This document shows positions 1 to 8,778 of a stretch of DNA of 64,000 nt, piece after piece; the first letter of the stretch is position 1; every line of letters begins with the position of its first letter. The translations under genes and the position numbers were made by a program. Source of the stretch: a virus. The notes under the pieces are model-generated. The model saw nothing but the letters and a program-made list of their open reading frames with translations, had not been told where the DNA came from and did not search any database. Location of the stretch: positions 18,592 to 82,591 of IMG/VR virus record IMGVR_UViG_3300036832_000548; one strand, given 5' to 3'.

Positions 1-26
1 CGCTGCGGCGATGAGCAGAAGGCGCT

Positions 27-440
27 TCATTGTCGGGGTCCGTTGTTGGTTGAGCTGCCGACAAAGCGGCCCTGATCGTCATAGAACGAGCGCGAGTTGC
101 CAATCCGCACGGAGCTGCCCGCGAACGAACCTTGGCGATCATAGAAGCTCCGCGAGTTGCCGCGTTCCACGGACGACCCAGAGAACTGGCCCTGAGCGTC
201 GTAGAACGAGCGCGTCTGCGCGTGGGCCGCGCCAATGAGGATGCTCATCAGCCAAAGCAGGATCGCCCAGAACACCGCTTTCTTGAAATAGAACCAGACC
301 CAGAAGGCATTGGCCTGATGGATCTCGCTGCGGACCTGAGCGAGACGAGCGCGGACGAGTTCCAGTTCCAGCGCCGCCAGTTCATCACGGGGCGGTAGCG
401 GCTGCGGTCGATGCCGCCCCGGAAATTTGATGAGGGTCAT
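27..440 (-). CDS. Membrane-anchored protein with three 20-aa C-terminal repeats (RSFYDxQGxFxGSS)
   Basis: Open frame from ATG 440, hydrophobic segment ending AHA, three 60-nt repeats at about 40-215. Confidence 0.6.
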   Translation of the reverse strand: MTLIKFPGRHRPQPLPPRDELAALELELVRARLAQVRSEIHQANAFWVWFYFKKAVFWAILLWLMSILIGAAHAQTRSFYDAQGQFSGSSVERGNSRSFYDRQGSFAGSSVRIGNSRSFYDDQGRFVGSSTNNGPRQ

Positions 441-595
441 GATCGCTTCGCCTCCAAAGGAGACACCAGACACAAAACGAGGATGATTATGAGGGCTGAC
501 TGCAGCACGATAAGTGGCATGTCGATGGGCCAAAGCACAACGAGCATACCGCCGCCCAGCACGCCATAAACGAAGAGGCGGATGAGGGTGCTCAT
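437..595 (-). CDS. Small membrane protein
   Basis: Two hydrophobic stretches; ATGA overlap with the next gene. Confidence 0.45.
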   Translation of the reverse strand: MSTLIRLFVYGVLGGGMLVVLWPIDMPLIVLQSALIIILVLCLVSPLEAKRS

Positions 596-708
596 GTTAG
601 CAATCCCAAGGTCAAAATACCGAAAATGATGAACAACGATGCGGCGGTTGACCAAAAACTCACCCAGCGGCTAAAGACGATCCTAGTTGCTTTCAACGTG
701 GTCATGAC

Positions 709-1002
709 TCAGCTTCCCATCGGATATTTGGCGGTGCCATAGATCTCATCGAGGAGTTCCGGGGGGCAGTGGAACGCGCGCTCGACACTGAACGGTTCCG
801 TCATCTGCTTGCCCTTGTGGTCAGCGAAATGCACTGGGCCACCTTTCCACAGACGGTCCTTGCTGGGATCAAATCCAAACTTGGCCTTGATCTCGCGCAC
901 GAACCCTTTCGGATCGTCGCCCTCGTAGAAGATGATGCGACCCTGTGGGAACAGCTCACGCCACGTTGGCGTGCGCTTGGTCTTGGTCTTACGTTTGGTC
1001 AT
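709..1002 (-). CDS. Hypothetical protein
   Basis: ATG 1002 with GGAGGA RBS; operon-like packing. Confidence 0.6.
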   Translation of the reverse strand: MTKRKTKTKRTPTWRELFPQGRIIFYEGDDPKGFVREIKAKFGFDPSKDRLWKGGPVHFADHKGKQMTEPFSVERAFHCPPELLDEIYGTAKYPMGS

Positions 1003-1013
1003 GACTTTCCTCC

Positions 1014-1385
1014 TTATTCCTCGATGAACGCGCCGCAATCGATGCAGCGGCCACGACTGTCGCTGCGATGGTGGCAATGCTTCTGGATCTCTTCGATCTG
1101 TTCGTTGACGAGGGTGAGCACCGCAGACCAATCATCAGTCTGCAATACGGGCAGGCCGTCATCAGCGAACTGGCCATCGCCGTCGAGGCGGTACACAGAA
1201 AAGCGGCAACCCTCCTGATGCTCGCGATCCGCTGGGTCGAGATAGTCAATCCAGATGCTCAGCGGGCACTCTGCGTGATCGAAATGCGGCATCGTGTCGT
1301 TGTGCCAAGAGTTGTCGAGCCACTCTGCAGGAAGCGCAGGCATGGTGGCGGGATCAAACTTTGGGAACTCTTCGCGATAGCTCAT
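1014..1385 (-). CDS. Hypothetical phage protein (C-terminal Cys/His cluster)
   Basis: ATGA overlap with the upstream gene; globular composition. Confidence 0.6.
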   Translation of the reverse strand: MSYREEFPKFDPATMPALPAEWLDNSWHNDTMPHFDHAECPLSIWIDYLDPADREHQEGCRFSVYRLDGDGQFADDGLPVLQTDDWSAVLTLVNEQIEEIQKHCHHRSDSRGRCIDCGAFIEE

Positions 1386-1567
1386 TTGGACACCTTGAGG
1401 TGGAACCACTCCACTATGAAATTGCACGGCTGCGAATAGTGGCGCATCTCGCTGGTGATTAAACGAGCCTTAAGCGCGTTGTAAATTTCCTGATCACTGT
1501 GGAAGAGCCGCAGCGCGTGATAGGTCGCCCCGTTAGGACAGCCCTGCAATCGTTCAAGAACGGTCAT
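1382..1567 (-). CDS. Hypothetical protein
   Basis: ATGA overlaps on both sides. Confidence 0.5.
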   Translation of the reverse strand: MTVLERLQGCPNGATYHALRLFHSDQEIYNALKARLITSEMRHYSQPCNFIVEWFHLKVSK

Positions 1568-2049
1568 TGTCCACCCCATGTCTCGCCAGCGGTGAGCGCG
1601 ACCTCATACGGATCAGGAGCAAGCTTGAACAACCGCTCCATGTCAGCATCGTACTCCGTGACCTGATCTGGGCTGAGAGCGGGCGAATAATCCGCGCCGC
1701 GTGTGTCAGGATGGAAACCAAGGCCAATCCTGACAGCCCACTTGCGGGCGATGCCGTACATCTCGCACCACTCAAGTGCGGCCTGCAGATTGGGGAGCGT
1801 GCCGTCAGCCAGAACGTCGCCCTCAAGACGGTAGAGGCCAACGAGATACGGTTCGTCCAACTTGTCGCCAAGGCCACTACCCTGATCGCAAATCCACAAG
1901 TAGCCATCTGGGACGATCTGCTCCCAACACAGGCACCCGCCGCCCGTGTGCGCGACCGTATAGTTGCCAGCAGCAGCAACCGCCTTGCCAACCTCGCTCG
2001 CTTGCGCGGCAGCAGTGGTCGCATCAAGCCAAGTGAAAAAGTTACTCAC
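1564..2049 (-). CDS. Hypothetical protein
   Basis: GTG start with GGAGG RBS overlapping the upstream stop. Confidence 0.55.
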   Translation of the reverse strand: MSNFFTWLDATTAAAQASEVGKAVAAAGNYTVAHTGGGCLCWEQIVPDGYLWICDQGSGLGDKLDEPYLVGLYRLEGDVLADGTLPNLQAALEWCEMYGIARKWAVRIGLGFHPDTRGADYSPALSPDQVTEYDADMERLFKLAPDPYEVALTAGETWGGQ

Positions 2050-2374
2050 GGGGATCCTCCTGCAGCGCCAATGGTGACTCTGAGTTCCAAGCCTCATCGC
2101 TCTCAGCGTCGTCGCAGCCGGGATCGAGGTGCGTGCCATACGGCGGCAAATAAACCTTGCCCTTCCATTCCTGCTGTAACGCTGCGGTGACTTTTTCGTC
2201 GTCCACGCTCACAAGCATGGCGCACCAAATTTCGTTGAGACCATTTTCAGCGATGGTGCCAACTGTGCCAGCGGGCACGATGCACTCTGGAAAGATGTCG
2301 AGCGGCTCCGCAAAGCGGACGCGCGTCCCTTCCGGGAGTTTCGCGAGTTCAAGCCAAGTCAATTGACGGGTCAT
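2042..2374 (-). CDS. Hypothetical protein
   Basis: ATGA overlap; globular composition. Confidence 0.55.
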   Translation of the reverse strand: MTRQLTWLELAKLPEGTRVRFAEPLDIFPECIVPAGTVGTIAENGLNEIWCAMLVSVDDEKVTAALQQEWKGKVYLPPYGTHLDPGCDDAESDEAWNSESPLALQEDPRE

Positions 2375-2538
2375 GACTTTCTCTTTCGCTGCTTCTGGCC
2401 ATCGCTGTGGCCCCAATCGTAAATCGCTTGATCCAAGCCACCGGGAAAATAGTCGCCTTGTTCGCCGTCTTGGAATCCGGTGCGATAGGTTTCGAGTTCC
2501 GTTCCGGTCAGTTCGTAGGCTTTGCGTTTCTTCTTCAT
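2371..2538 (-). CDS. Small hypothetical protein
   Basis: Fills the operon gap; overlaps the next start. Confidence 0.4.
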   Translation of the reverse strand: MKKKRKAYELTGTELETYRTGFQDGEQGDYFPGGLDQAIYDWGHSDGQKQRKRKS

Positions 2539-2542
2539 GATC

Positions 2543-2749
2543 TCAGTCCATGTAGCCGTGGGGATACTGAGTCTTGGCGTGGTCGCGGCACGAATGGCAC
2601 GGCTCGACGTGAGCGTTCCAACCTTTTGCAACACGCTTTTCGGTGCCGTCATATTTGGAGCGGTAGACATAGAATTTAGCGGTCTCGCGAACTAGTTCAC
2701 CGCGTGAGATACACGGGCCAACGGGAGAGAAGGTTCTAACGGTAGTCAT
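2543..2749 (-). CDS. Small hypothetical protein (CxxC)
   Basis: GAGGA RBS; ORF track. Confidence 0.55.
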   Translation of the reverse strand: MTTVRTFSPVGPCISRGELVRETAKFYVYRSKYDGTEKRVAKGWNAHVEPCHSCRDHAKTQYPHGYMD

Positions 2750-2803
2750 TTGGTTCCTCGTTTGTTTGATCGGTGGGGAGGGGCCGTAACCCCTCCGGGC
2801 TGA

Positions 2804-3001
2804 TCAAGCGCGGTACCTGTCGATATAGGCAACCGCCTCGTCTACGCTCTTAAATCCGTCCTTACAGTCATACATGCTGTTGAACTTGTTATAGATGCTG
2901 TAAGTGCCTGCGGCTTTAGTCGGATATTTTTCTGACCAGAACTCGATTGAATAGTTGCGGTAAGAGATCCGGCCAAATTCGTCTGTCTGTGCTTTGCTCA
3001 T
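2804..3001 (-). CDS. Small hypothetical protein, first gene of the leftward island
   Basis: ATG 3001 after a purine-rich RBS. Confidence 0.5.
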   Translation of the reverse strand: MSKAQTDEFGRISYRNYSIEFWSEKYPTKAAGTYSIYNKFNSMYDCKDGFKSVDEAVAYIDRYRA

Positions 3002-3148
3002 TTCTTTCTCTCTTTGTTGAAATGAATATAGGACAATCCGTCCTAGGACGCAAGGTCCTAGTGTGCGGCATCTTGGCTGGAATAACAGCCTGTTTTTCAA
3101 GGGGGTAACTACGACGGTAACCAGAGGTTGACAAGAGGAACACACACA

Positions 3149-3514
3149 ATGGACGACACGACCAATAAACCCGCCCCGGAAGAGGCCATCGATTTCGAGA
3201 GCAGCCCGCAGCTCGATCAGGAAGCAAACCTTGAGCACACGTTGTCGAAGCCCATCCAAGCGCATGGCGAGGAGTTGCGCATTCTCAGATGGCGCGAGCC
3301 AACCGGAGCTGACATCGAGCGCGCAGGCAATCCCATCGTGATCGATTTCTTTGGCGAGAAGCCCACCCTGACATTCAACGAAAAGAAGATGGGCGCGATG
3401 ATCTCCGCGCTCTGTCAGATCCCGCCCTCGAGCGTGCGCCAGCTAACCGCAGCGGACTGGAATTCCATCGCTTGGAAGCTAGTCCGTTTTTTTATGCCGC
3501 AGGGGGCGGCGTAA
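3149..3514 (+). CDS. Tail assembly chaperone (Mu gp41/gpE-like)
   Basis: LSKPI..HGE..LRWREPTGADI motif; lies directly upstream of tape-measure-like genes; GAGGA RBS. Confidence 0.85.
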   Translation: MDDTTNKPAPEEAIDFESSPQLDQEANLEHTLSKPIQAHGEELRILRWREPTGADIERAGNPIVIDFFGEKPTLTFNEKKMGAMISALCQIPPSSVRQLTAADWNSIAWKLVRFFMPQGAA

Positions 3515-3690
3515 TCGCGCCCGACAGCATCGTGCTGATGTGTTACGAGCTGGCGTATTTCTATCACATTGATCCGCGCTTGTTCCTTGAGCAGACCATC
3601 AGCGAGCTGGCGCGCCACAAGCTGTGGACTGCGCGCCTGACTGAACGGATTCGCGCTGCGCAAGAGGCAGAGTCCGGTTCTGAGAATTAG
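3487..3690 (+). CDS. -1 frameshift extension of the tail chaperone (GT/E' type)
   Basis: T7 slippery run at 3487-3493; -1 frame encodes LAYFYHIDP..FLEQTISEL, typical of gpE'/GT C-termini. Confidence 0.7.
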   Translation, partial: FFYAAGGGVIAPDSIVLMCYELAYFYHIDPRLFLEQTISELARHKLWTARLTERIRAAQEAESGSEN

Positions 3691-3693
3691 GCA

Positions 3694-5877
3694 ATGCCTG
3701 ACCAGACAGTCGAGATCAAACTAGTATTGCGGGACGAGCTGTCCAAGCAGCTTGCCCCTATTGTTGCGCAGGTCAGGCAGCTCAATCAGGCGATCGATAC
3801 TACCCGCCCGCAACAGCACATGGAGCGGTTCGGCGGGGCCGTCCAGGGCGTTCGCCGCGAACTCTCCGCACTATCGCAGATCACTTTCGGCGGGTTGATC
3901 GGCGGCGGCATTGTCGCTGGCTTAATGGCCACGGCAAAGGCGCTGGGCGACATGGCCAACCGTGGCCTCCAGCTCCGCTACAGTGCCGACGCGCTGGGCG
4001 TCACCACCGGGATGCTCAATCAATTTTCCGACGCCATGATGGGGCTCGGGAAATCGCGTGAGGCAGGTCAAGCAAGCATCGAGGCAGCAACCAAGTCGCT
4101 GCGCGAGCTACAGATCGAAGGAGGACAGTCAAAGCTTTTCACTGAACTCGAGCGCGCCGGCGGCGAAACCGGCCAACGCCTCGCGCAAGAACTGGCGAAG
4201 GAGATCGCTGGACCGCGCGGCCTGCAGGGCGGTCTTGAGTATGCGATGCGCCGCATGGCGGGGATGCGACAGGAGTCAGCCGCCAAGTTCGCAGAAATTC
4301 TGGGGCTGGGGCCGGGGTTCGGTCGGGAGGCCGCGCGGGATTATCTGCAAGTCCTCGGGCAGCTCCCCAAGCGACTCGAACTTTCGCATCAGCAGCAGCT
4401 CGAGCTGGCAAAGGCCAATGCGAGCCTCGGCATCTCTTGGGACAATATCAAGACTACGCTGGCCGGATCGCTGCTCCCGATCTTCGCGCAGCTCACTCAC
4501 ACGCTCGATCAGTTCCTGCAATCCAAGGCCGGTCAGGAATTCACCAAGCAGCTCGAATCATGGGGCCGCGAGATGAATGCCGCGCTCAAGGAGTGGCTTG
4601 AGGGCGGCGGCTTAACGCGACTGACCGAAACGCTCGGGACAGCGGTTGGCACGTTGAGGCAGGGATTTGAGGCCGCTGACAAAGTGGTCACGGCCATGGG
4701 AACGGATTGGGGGCACGTCCTAGGTGCGCTTGGGATCGCGGTGTTCGCCTCACAGTTGGCGGGCATTGCTTCTAGCCTCCGATTGATTGGAGGCATTCCC
4801 GGCATCGCCTTGATACTTGGTAGCCTCGCGCTCATCACAAAGCCAAAGATCGAGGACATCAAAGACCCGGCAAAACGTGCGCAAGCGGAAAAGGACGTAG
4901 CGGGCGGCGCAGCACAACCCGGCGACCCGTGGGCACTTTGGAATATTCTCAAGGATCTGTTGAAAGGCAACATCGATTGGAAATCGATGTTGCGCGAAGA
5001 TCCGCTCCTTCCCTTTCCGGGCAGTGGGCAATCCAAGACTCCATCAGAGAAGCGCGCCGACGACGCAGCAAAAAAGAACGCGCAACAGCGCATCACCGAA
5101 GAGTTCAGAGATCTCGATTACGAACTCCAGAAGCTCAATCAATACCTCGCGCCGGGTGGACCAGAAGGCAGCGCAGGATCAAGCGGTTTCCAACTGCCTC
5201 CGTATCAGCAAAAAGATTTCACGTTCTATTATCCCGGTGCCAGCGGTGCGAAGGGAATGGAAGGACCGTTTGAAACCGCGCGAGCGGGATTGGACAAGCA
5301 ATTCACTCCTAAAACACTTGATGATTTTCGGTTGGGGCTCACGCCCGCTGTTACGGTTGCTGGACCTGCGAGCAAATTGGGACAGTCGATCAACTTAGGC
5401 GATATCGAATATCGCAGCCCGATTGATGGCAAAGTCTATCAGGTCCCTAATGTGCCGGGTTATGTGCATGATCGCGGCGGGGCATTCACAGAAGATAAAC
5501 CAAACAAACGCGACATCGCCGTTGGCGATTTTCGTGGCCTCAATCCTGTCACCGGCTTGCCATTCAATGACGCTACCGCAGAAGCGTTCAGCCGCGGGAA
5601 CAAGCAATTTGCCGCCGGCACATTTCCAACAGCGTCAGGCTACGATGAAGCGGGCTTTACCGGCGAAGGCGTTGTCGGCACCGATCCGATCACGTCGCAT
5701 CTCGCCACGCGCGATTCTCAATCCGTCAATGGCACCGCTACCGTCGACATAGACGTTGGCGGCATGACGCAAGCGATGCGAAATCCGAATGACCTGTTCA
5801 AGCCGCAACCACTCGGCGGTTCAGTGCAAATGCAAAACGTGACGCGCCCAGACAACAATCCTATGAGTTTCCAGTAA
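3694..5877 (+). CDS. Tape-measure-like protein 1 with C-terminal 3D/DPBB-like lytic domain
   Basis: Helical Ala/Gly/Leu-rich N-terminal part after the chaperone; FTFYYP..VTVAG..VHDRGGAF..RDIAV motifs. Confidence 0.7.
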   Translation: MPDQTVEIKLVLRDELSKQLAPIVAQVRQLNQAIDTTRPQQHMERFGGAVQGVRRELSALSQITFGGLIGGGIVAGLMATAKALGDMANRGLQLRYSADALGVTTGMLNQFSDAMMGLGKSREAGQASIEAATKSLRELQIEGGQSKLFTELERAGGETGQRLAQELAKEIAGPRGLQGGLEYAMRRMAGMRQESAAKFAEILGLGPGFGREAARDYLQVLGQLPKRLELSHQQQLELAKANASLGISWDNIKTTLAGSLLPIFAQLTHTLDQFLQSKAGQEFTKQLESWGREMNAALKEWLEGGGLTRLTETLGTAVGTLRQGFEAADKVVTAMGTDWGHVLGALGIAVFASQLAGIASSLRLIGGIPGIALILGSLALITKPKIEDIKDPAKRAQAEKDVAGGAAQPGDPWALWNILKDLLKGNIDWKSMLREDPLLPFPGSGQSKTPSEKRADDAAKKNAQQRITEEFRDLDYELQKLNQYLAPGGPEGSAGSSGFQLPPYQQKDFTFYYPGASGAKGMEGPFETARAGLDKQFTPKTLDDFRLGLTPAVTVAGPASKLGQSINLGDIEYRSPIDGKVYQVPNVPGYVHDRGGAFTEDKPNKRDIAVGDFRGLNPVTGLPFNDATAEAFSRGNKQFAAGTFPTASGYDEAGFTGEGVVGTDPITSHLATRDSQSVNGTATVDIDVGGMTQAMRNPNDLFKPQPLGGSVQMQNVTRPDNNPMSFQ

Positions 5878-8775
5878 ATGGTAGCTCGCAAACCACAAAC
5901 CATCGAGGTCGTCGTTCGCGACGAGGTGACGCGCGCTCTTGAGCGTGCGCGCTCGCATATGCGCCAAGTCGGTGGCGGCAAGGAAACACTGGGCGGCATA
6001 ACGGGCGCGATCAAGGGACTCGAGGGTGGCATCGAGTCAGTCGCACGCGGCATCAGCCGCGAGTTTGGCACGCTGGCCCGCATGGCGGGCGGCAGCTTGC
6101 TGGGTGCTGGTTTTGTCGCTGGCCTCAACAGGACGGCGCAGGCGCTGGGCAATGTGGCGCGGGCCGCAACGCAGCAGCACTATCTCGCTGAACAAATCGG
6201 GCTGACGACGCAGCAGCTCGCAAATCTCACGGCTCGCGGTCGCGCGTTCGGCTTGGGTGTTGAGCAGACCACGGCTGGCATTTCGAGTCTCTCCAAAAAT
6301 CTGCGCGATCTGAAGATGCTCGGTCAGAACGCGCCCATTTATAAGTCACTCACGGAAGCGGGCGGCGGTAGTGGTCAGCGGTTTGGCGACAAGCTCATAG
6401 CAGCGGTCAGGGGACCTGGCGGCTACGACGCTGGCGTCCATACGTTTATCAAACTGATGTCGGAGACGAACGCTCAGGCGCAGAGCAAGCTCTCTGATAT
6501 GTTTAATCTAGGTTCGATTGCGTTCCGCGATCTCGATTCTCTTGGTCTGGGCGATCTTCCAAAGCCGATTGTATTGTCTGATTCGGCAGCGCGCGATCTC
6601 ACGCGCTCGACGGCGCTTGCAGATCAGTCGTGGACAAATATCAAAAACACTGTCGGCGGCGCGTTGATGCCGGCGGTCGAACAGTTGGCGCGAACGCTTG
6701 ACGCATTCCTGCAAGGACCTGGCGCAGGAATGCTCAAACAGTTTACAGACTGGGTTTCCAAGATCAACATCCCATGGGGAGCAATCGGCACCGCGCTGGC
6801 GAGTGCAGCCGGAATATTAAGCATGGCCTTCATCTGGGTGAAGAAGGCAATCGTGGAGGTCACTCCGATAGTCGATAAAATCGGCGGCTGGGGACCGCTT
6901 CTGCTCACGGCGGGTGCCGTGATCCAATACGGCAACGTCAACAAGGTCACGCTGAGCTTGTATGTCATCGGCGGTGCGTTGACCGTCATTGGCGAGCACG
7001 ACTGGGTACTCAAAGCACTCGCTGACGCCAGCAGATTGGCAATGGGGACGGGCAAACTGTCATCGCAGTTTGGATCGCCCTATTCGAGGAACATCGAGGA
7101 CCGTCGCGGGCAGCCGTCCATACAGATGCCGCCGAATGCCAAGGCCATGCGCGGCGGCTACAACCTCATGAGCAGCACCACTGGCTCGAGCGACGACGAT
7201 GACGATATCACCAATGCGTTGAGTAATCAGCTGCAAAGCACCAGCGCGCAAGTCATGCAGCTGGCCAATATCGTGGCAACGCAGGGACTGACTCCCGATC
7301 AGCTCGGCGGCGGGACTGCAGGAGGAGGACAGATCCGCATTCCCAGCGCTGGTGGCGGCGGTGGCGGGTACACGCCGCGCCCGCGAGCTGCACCGCCGCC
7401 TTCGACACCACGGACAACAACGCCACCGTCGACGCCACCGTCGACGCCGCCAGCACCGCCTCCATCGACGCCGCCAGTAACACCACCAACGCCATCTTCA
7501 ACACCGTCGAGGCCATCCTCGACAACGCCTCCAGGGCCGACACCGGGACCAACACAGCCGCCGCCCGGAGGTACTAATAAGGGCGTGTTGCTGTTCGCGC
7601 ACGGCCTTACCGGACGCTATGCGGGGATGCACGGCAGCATCGCGCAAGTCGAAGCAGACGTTAAGCGATACGCGGCAGCGCACGGCTATAGCAGCGTTGA
7701 GTTCATTTACGGCTCGCCCGCCGAACAAGAACGGCAAATGCTGGATCGGGTTAAGCGCGGAGGCGTCGGCGGCCTTTTGGGCTTTTCGGCTGGCGCTGGT
7801 CCTGCGCGACGGGTCAGCAATGCGACCGGTGTGCCGGCGGTTACGACCGGAGCACCAAGAGTTCCAGGCGACGTGAGCCCCGCGAAACGTCACATGGACC
7901 AAATCCGCGTGCTGGCGGAACAGGAAGAAAGGAAACGACTACAACAAAATCCGACCGCGCAGCCACAAGTGCCAACCGCGAACCCGCAACAGCCGACCAC
8001 CGGGCGGTCGGGATTGGTTTCGCCGGTCACCGGATCATTCGGTGAGAATTCGTCCAACCCATACGGCGCTGCTCGCAAGGGTGGGCGACCGCACTCCGGC
8101 GTCGATTGGCGCGCGGAGAATGGGACGCCAGCGGTTGCGATGATTGGCGGTGTCGTTACGCACGTCGGCTACGATAGAGGCGGTTACGACAACTATGCGG
8201 TGGTGAAGGGTGACGACGGCGTCTATCGTCGATATGCCTATCACGGGCGATCGCTTGTCCACAAAGGACAGCGGGTCGAGCAAAAGCAACCGCTTGGCAT
8301 CATTGATCGGCGCCATCTGCATTACGAAGAAATCCACCCGAAATTGGCGAATGGCAAACCGAATCCGGTGTATGCGGAATTTGAGCGGAATGGCAACGCC
8401 AGCACCAGCTATCAACGCGGCACGTCCGATCCGTCGCAGACGCTCAATATGCCATATCGGACCAGGGTCACCGCAGGCGAACCGCTTGGCGGCCAACCTG
8501 CAACGGCACAGCCTGCGCAAACGTCGCCAATCGTCTATTCGAACGAGGACGAGATCGAGCGGCTCAAATATAAAAAAGAATTGGACGAACAATATCCGCA
8601 GGGCGGCTATACGCCGATTCCAAAAGGTCGCATCAGCGGCCTTGTCAATCTCCAGATCAATGTGCGCGGGCCGCGCGGCGTGAAAGTATCTGGCGAAGGT
8701 GCCGGGGTCGTAGGGCCTGCGAGCATCGACCGATCCGATCCCAGCGGCGGCATCGAAGGCTTCTCACCGGCATAA
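5878..8775 (+). CDS. Tape-measure-like protein 2 with alpha/beta-hydrolase-like and M23 peptidase domains
   Basis: N-terminus paralogous to neighbours; Pro/Thr linker; LFAHGL and GFSAG; HSGVD and HLHY M23 motifs. Confidence 0.75.
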   Translation: MVARKPQTIEVVVRDEVTRALERARSHMRQVGGGKETLGGITGAIKGLEGGIESVARGISREFGTLARMAGGSLLGAGFVAGLNRTAQALGNVARAATQQHYLAEQIGLTTQQLANLTARGRAFGLGVEQTTAGISSLSKNLRDLKMLGQNAPIYKSLTEAGGGSGQRFGDKLIAAVRGPGGYDAGVHTFIKLMSETNAQAQSKLSDMFNLGSIAFRDLDSLGLGDLPKPIVLSDSAARDLTRSTALADQSWTNIKNTVGGALMPAVEQLARTLDAFLQGPGAGMLKQFTDWVSKINIPWGAIGTALASAAGILSMAFIWVKKAIVEVTPIVDKIGGWGPLLLTAGAVIQYGNVNKVTLSLYVIGGALTVIGEHDWVLKALADASRLAMGTGKLSSQFGSPYSRNIEDRRGQPSIQMPPNAKAMRGGYNLMSSTTGSSDDDDDITNALSNQLQSTSAQVMQLANIVATQGLTPDQLGGGTAGGGQIRIPSAGGGGGGYTPRPRAAPPPSTPRTTTPPSTPPSTPPAPPPSTPPVTPPTPSSTPSRPSSTTPPGPTPGPTQPPPGGTNKGVLLFAHGLTGRYAGMHGSIAQVEADVKRYAAAHGYSSVEFIYGSPAEQERQMLDRVKRGGVGGLLGFSAGAGPARRVSNATGVPAVTTGAPRVPGDVSPAKRHMDQIRVLAEQEERKRLQQNPTAQPQVPTANPQQPTTGRSGLVSPVTGSFGENSSNPYGAARKGGRPHSGVDWRAENGTPAVAMIGGVVTHVGYDRGGYDNYAVVKGDDGVYRRYAYHGRSLVHKGQRVEQKQPLGIIDRRHLHYEEIHPKLANGKPNPVYAEFERNGNASTSYQRGTSDPSQTLNMPYRTRVTAGEPLGGQPATAQPAQTSPIVYSNEDEIERLKYKKELDEQYPQGGYTPIPKGRISGLVNLQINVRGPRGVKVSGEGAGVVGPASIDRSDPSGGIEGFSPA

Positions 8776-8778
8776 AAA

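Noticed and set aside
7360-7570. CCG/ACG-rich repeats as a DNA repeat element
   Set aside because: Explained by a Pro/Thr/Ser linker in the protein
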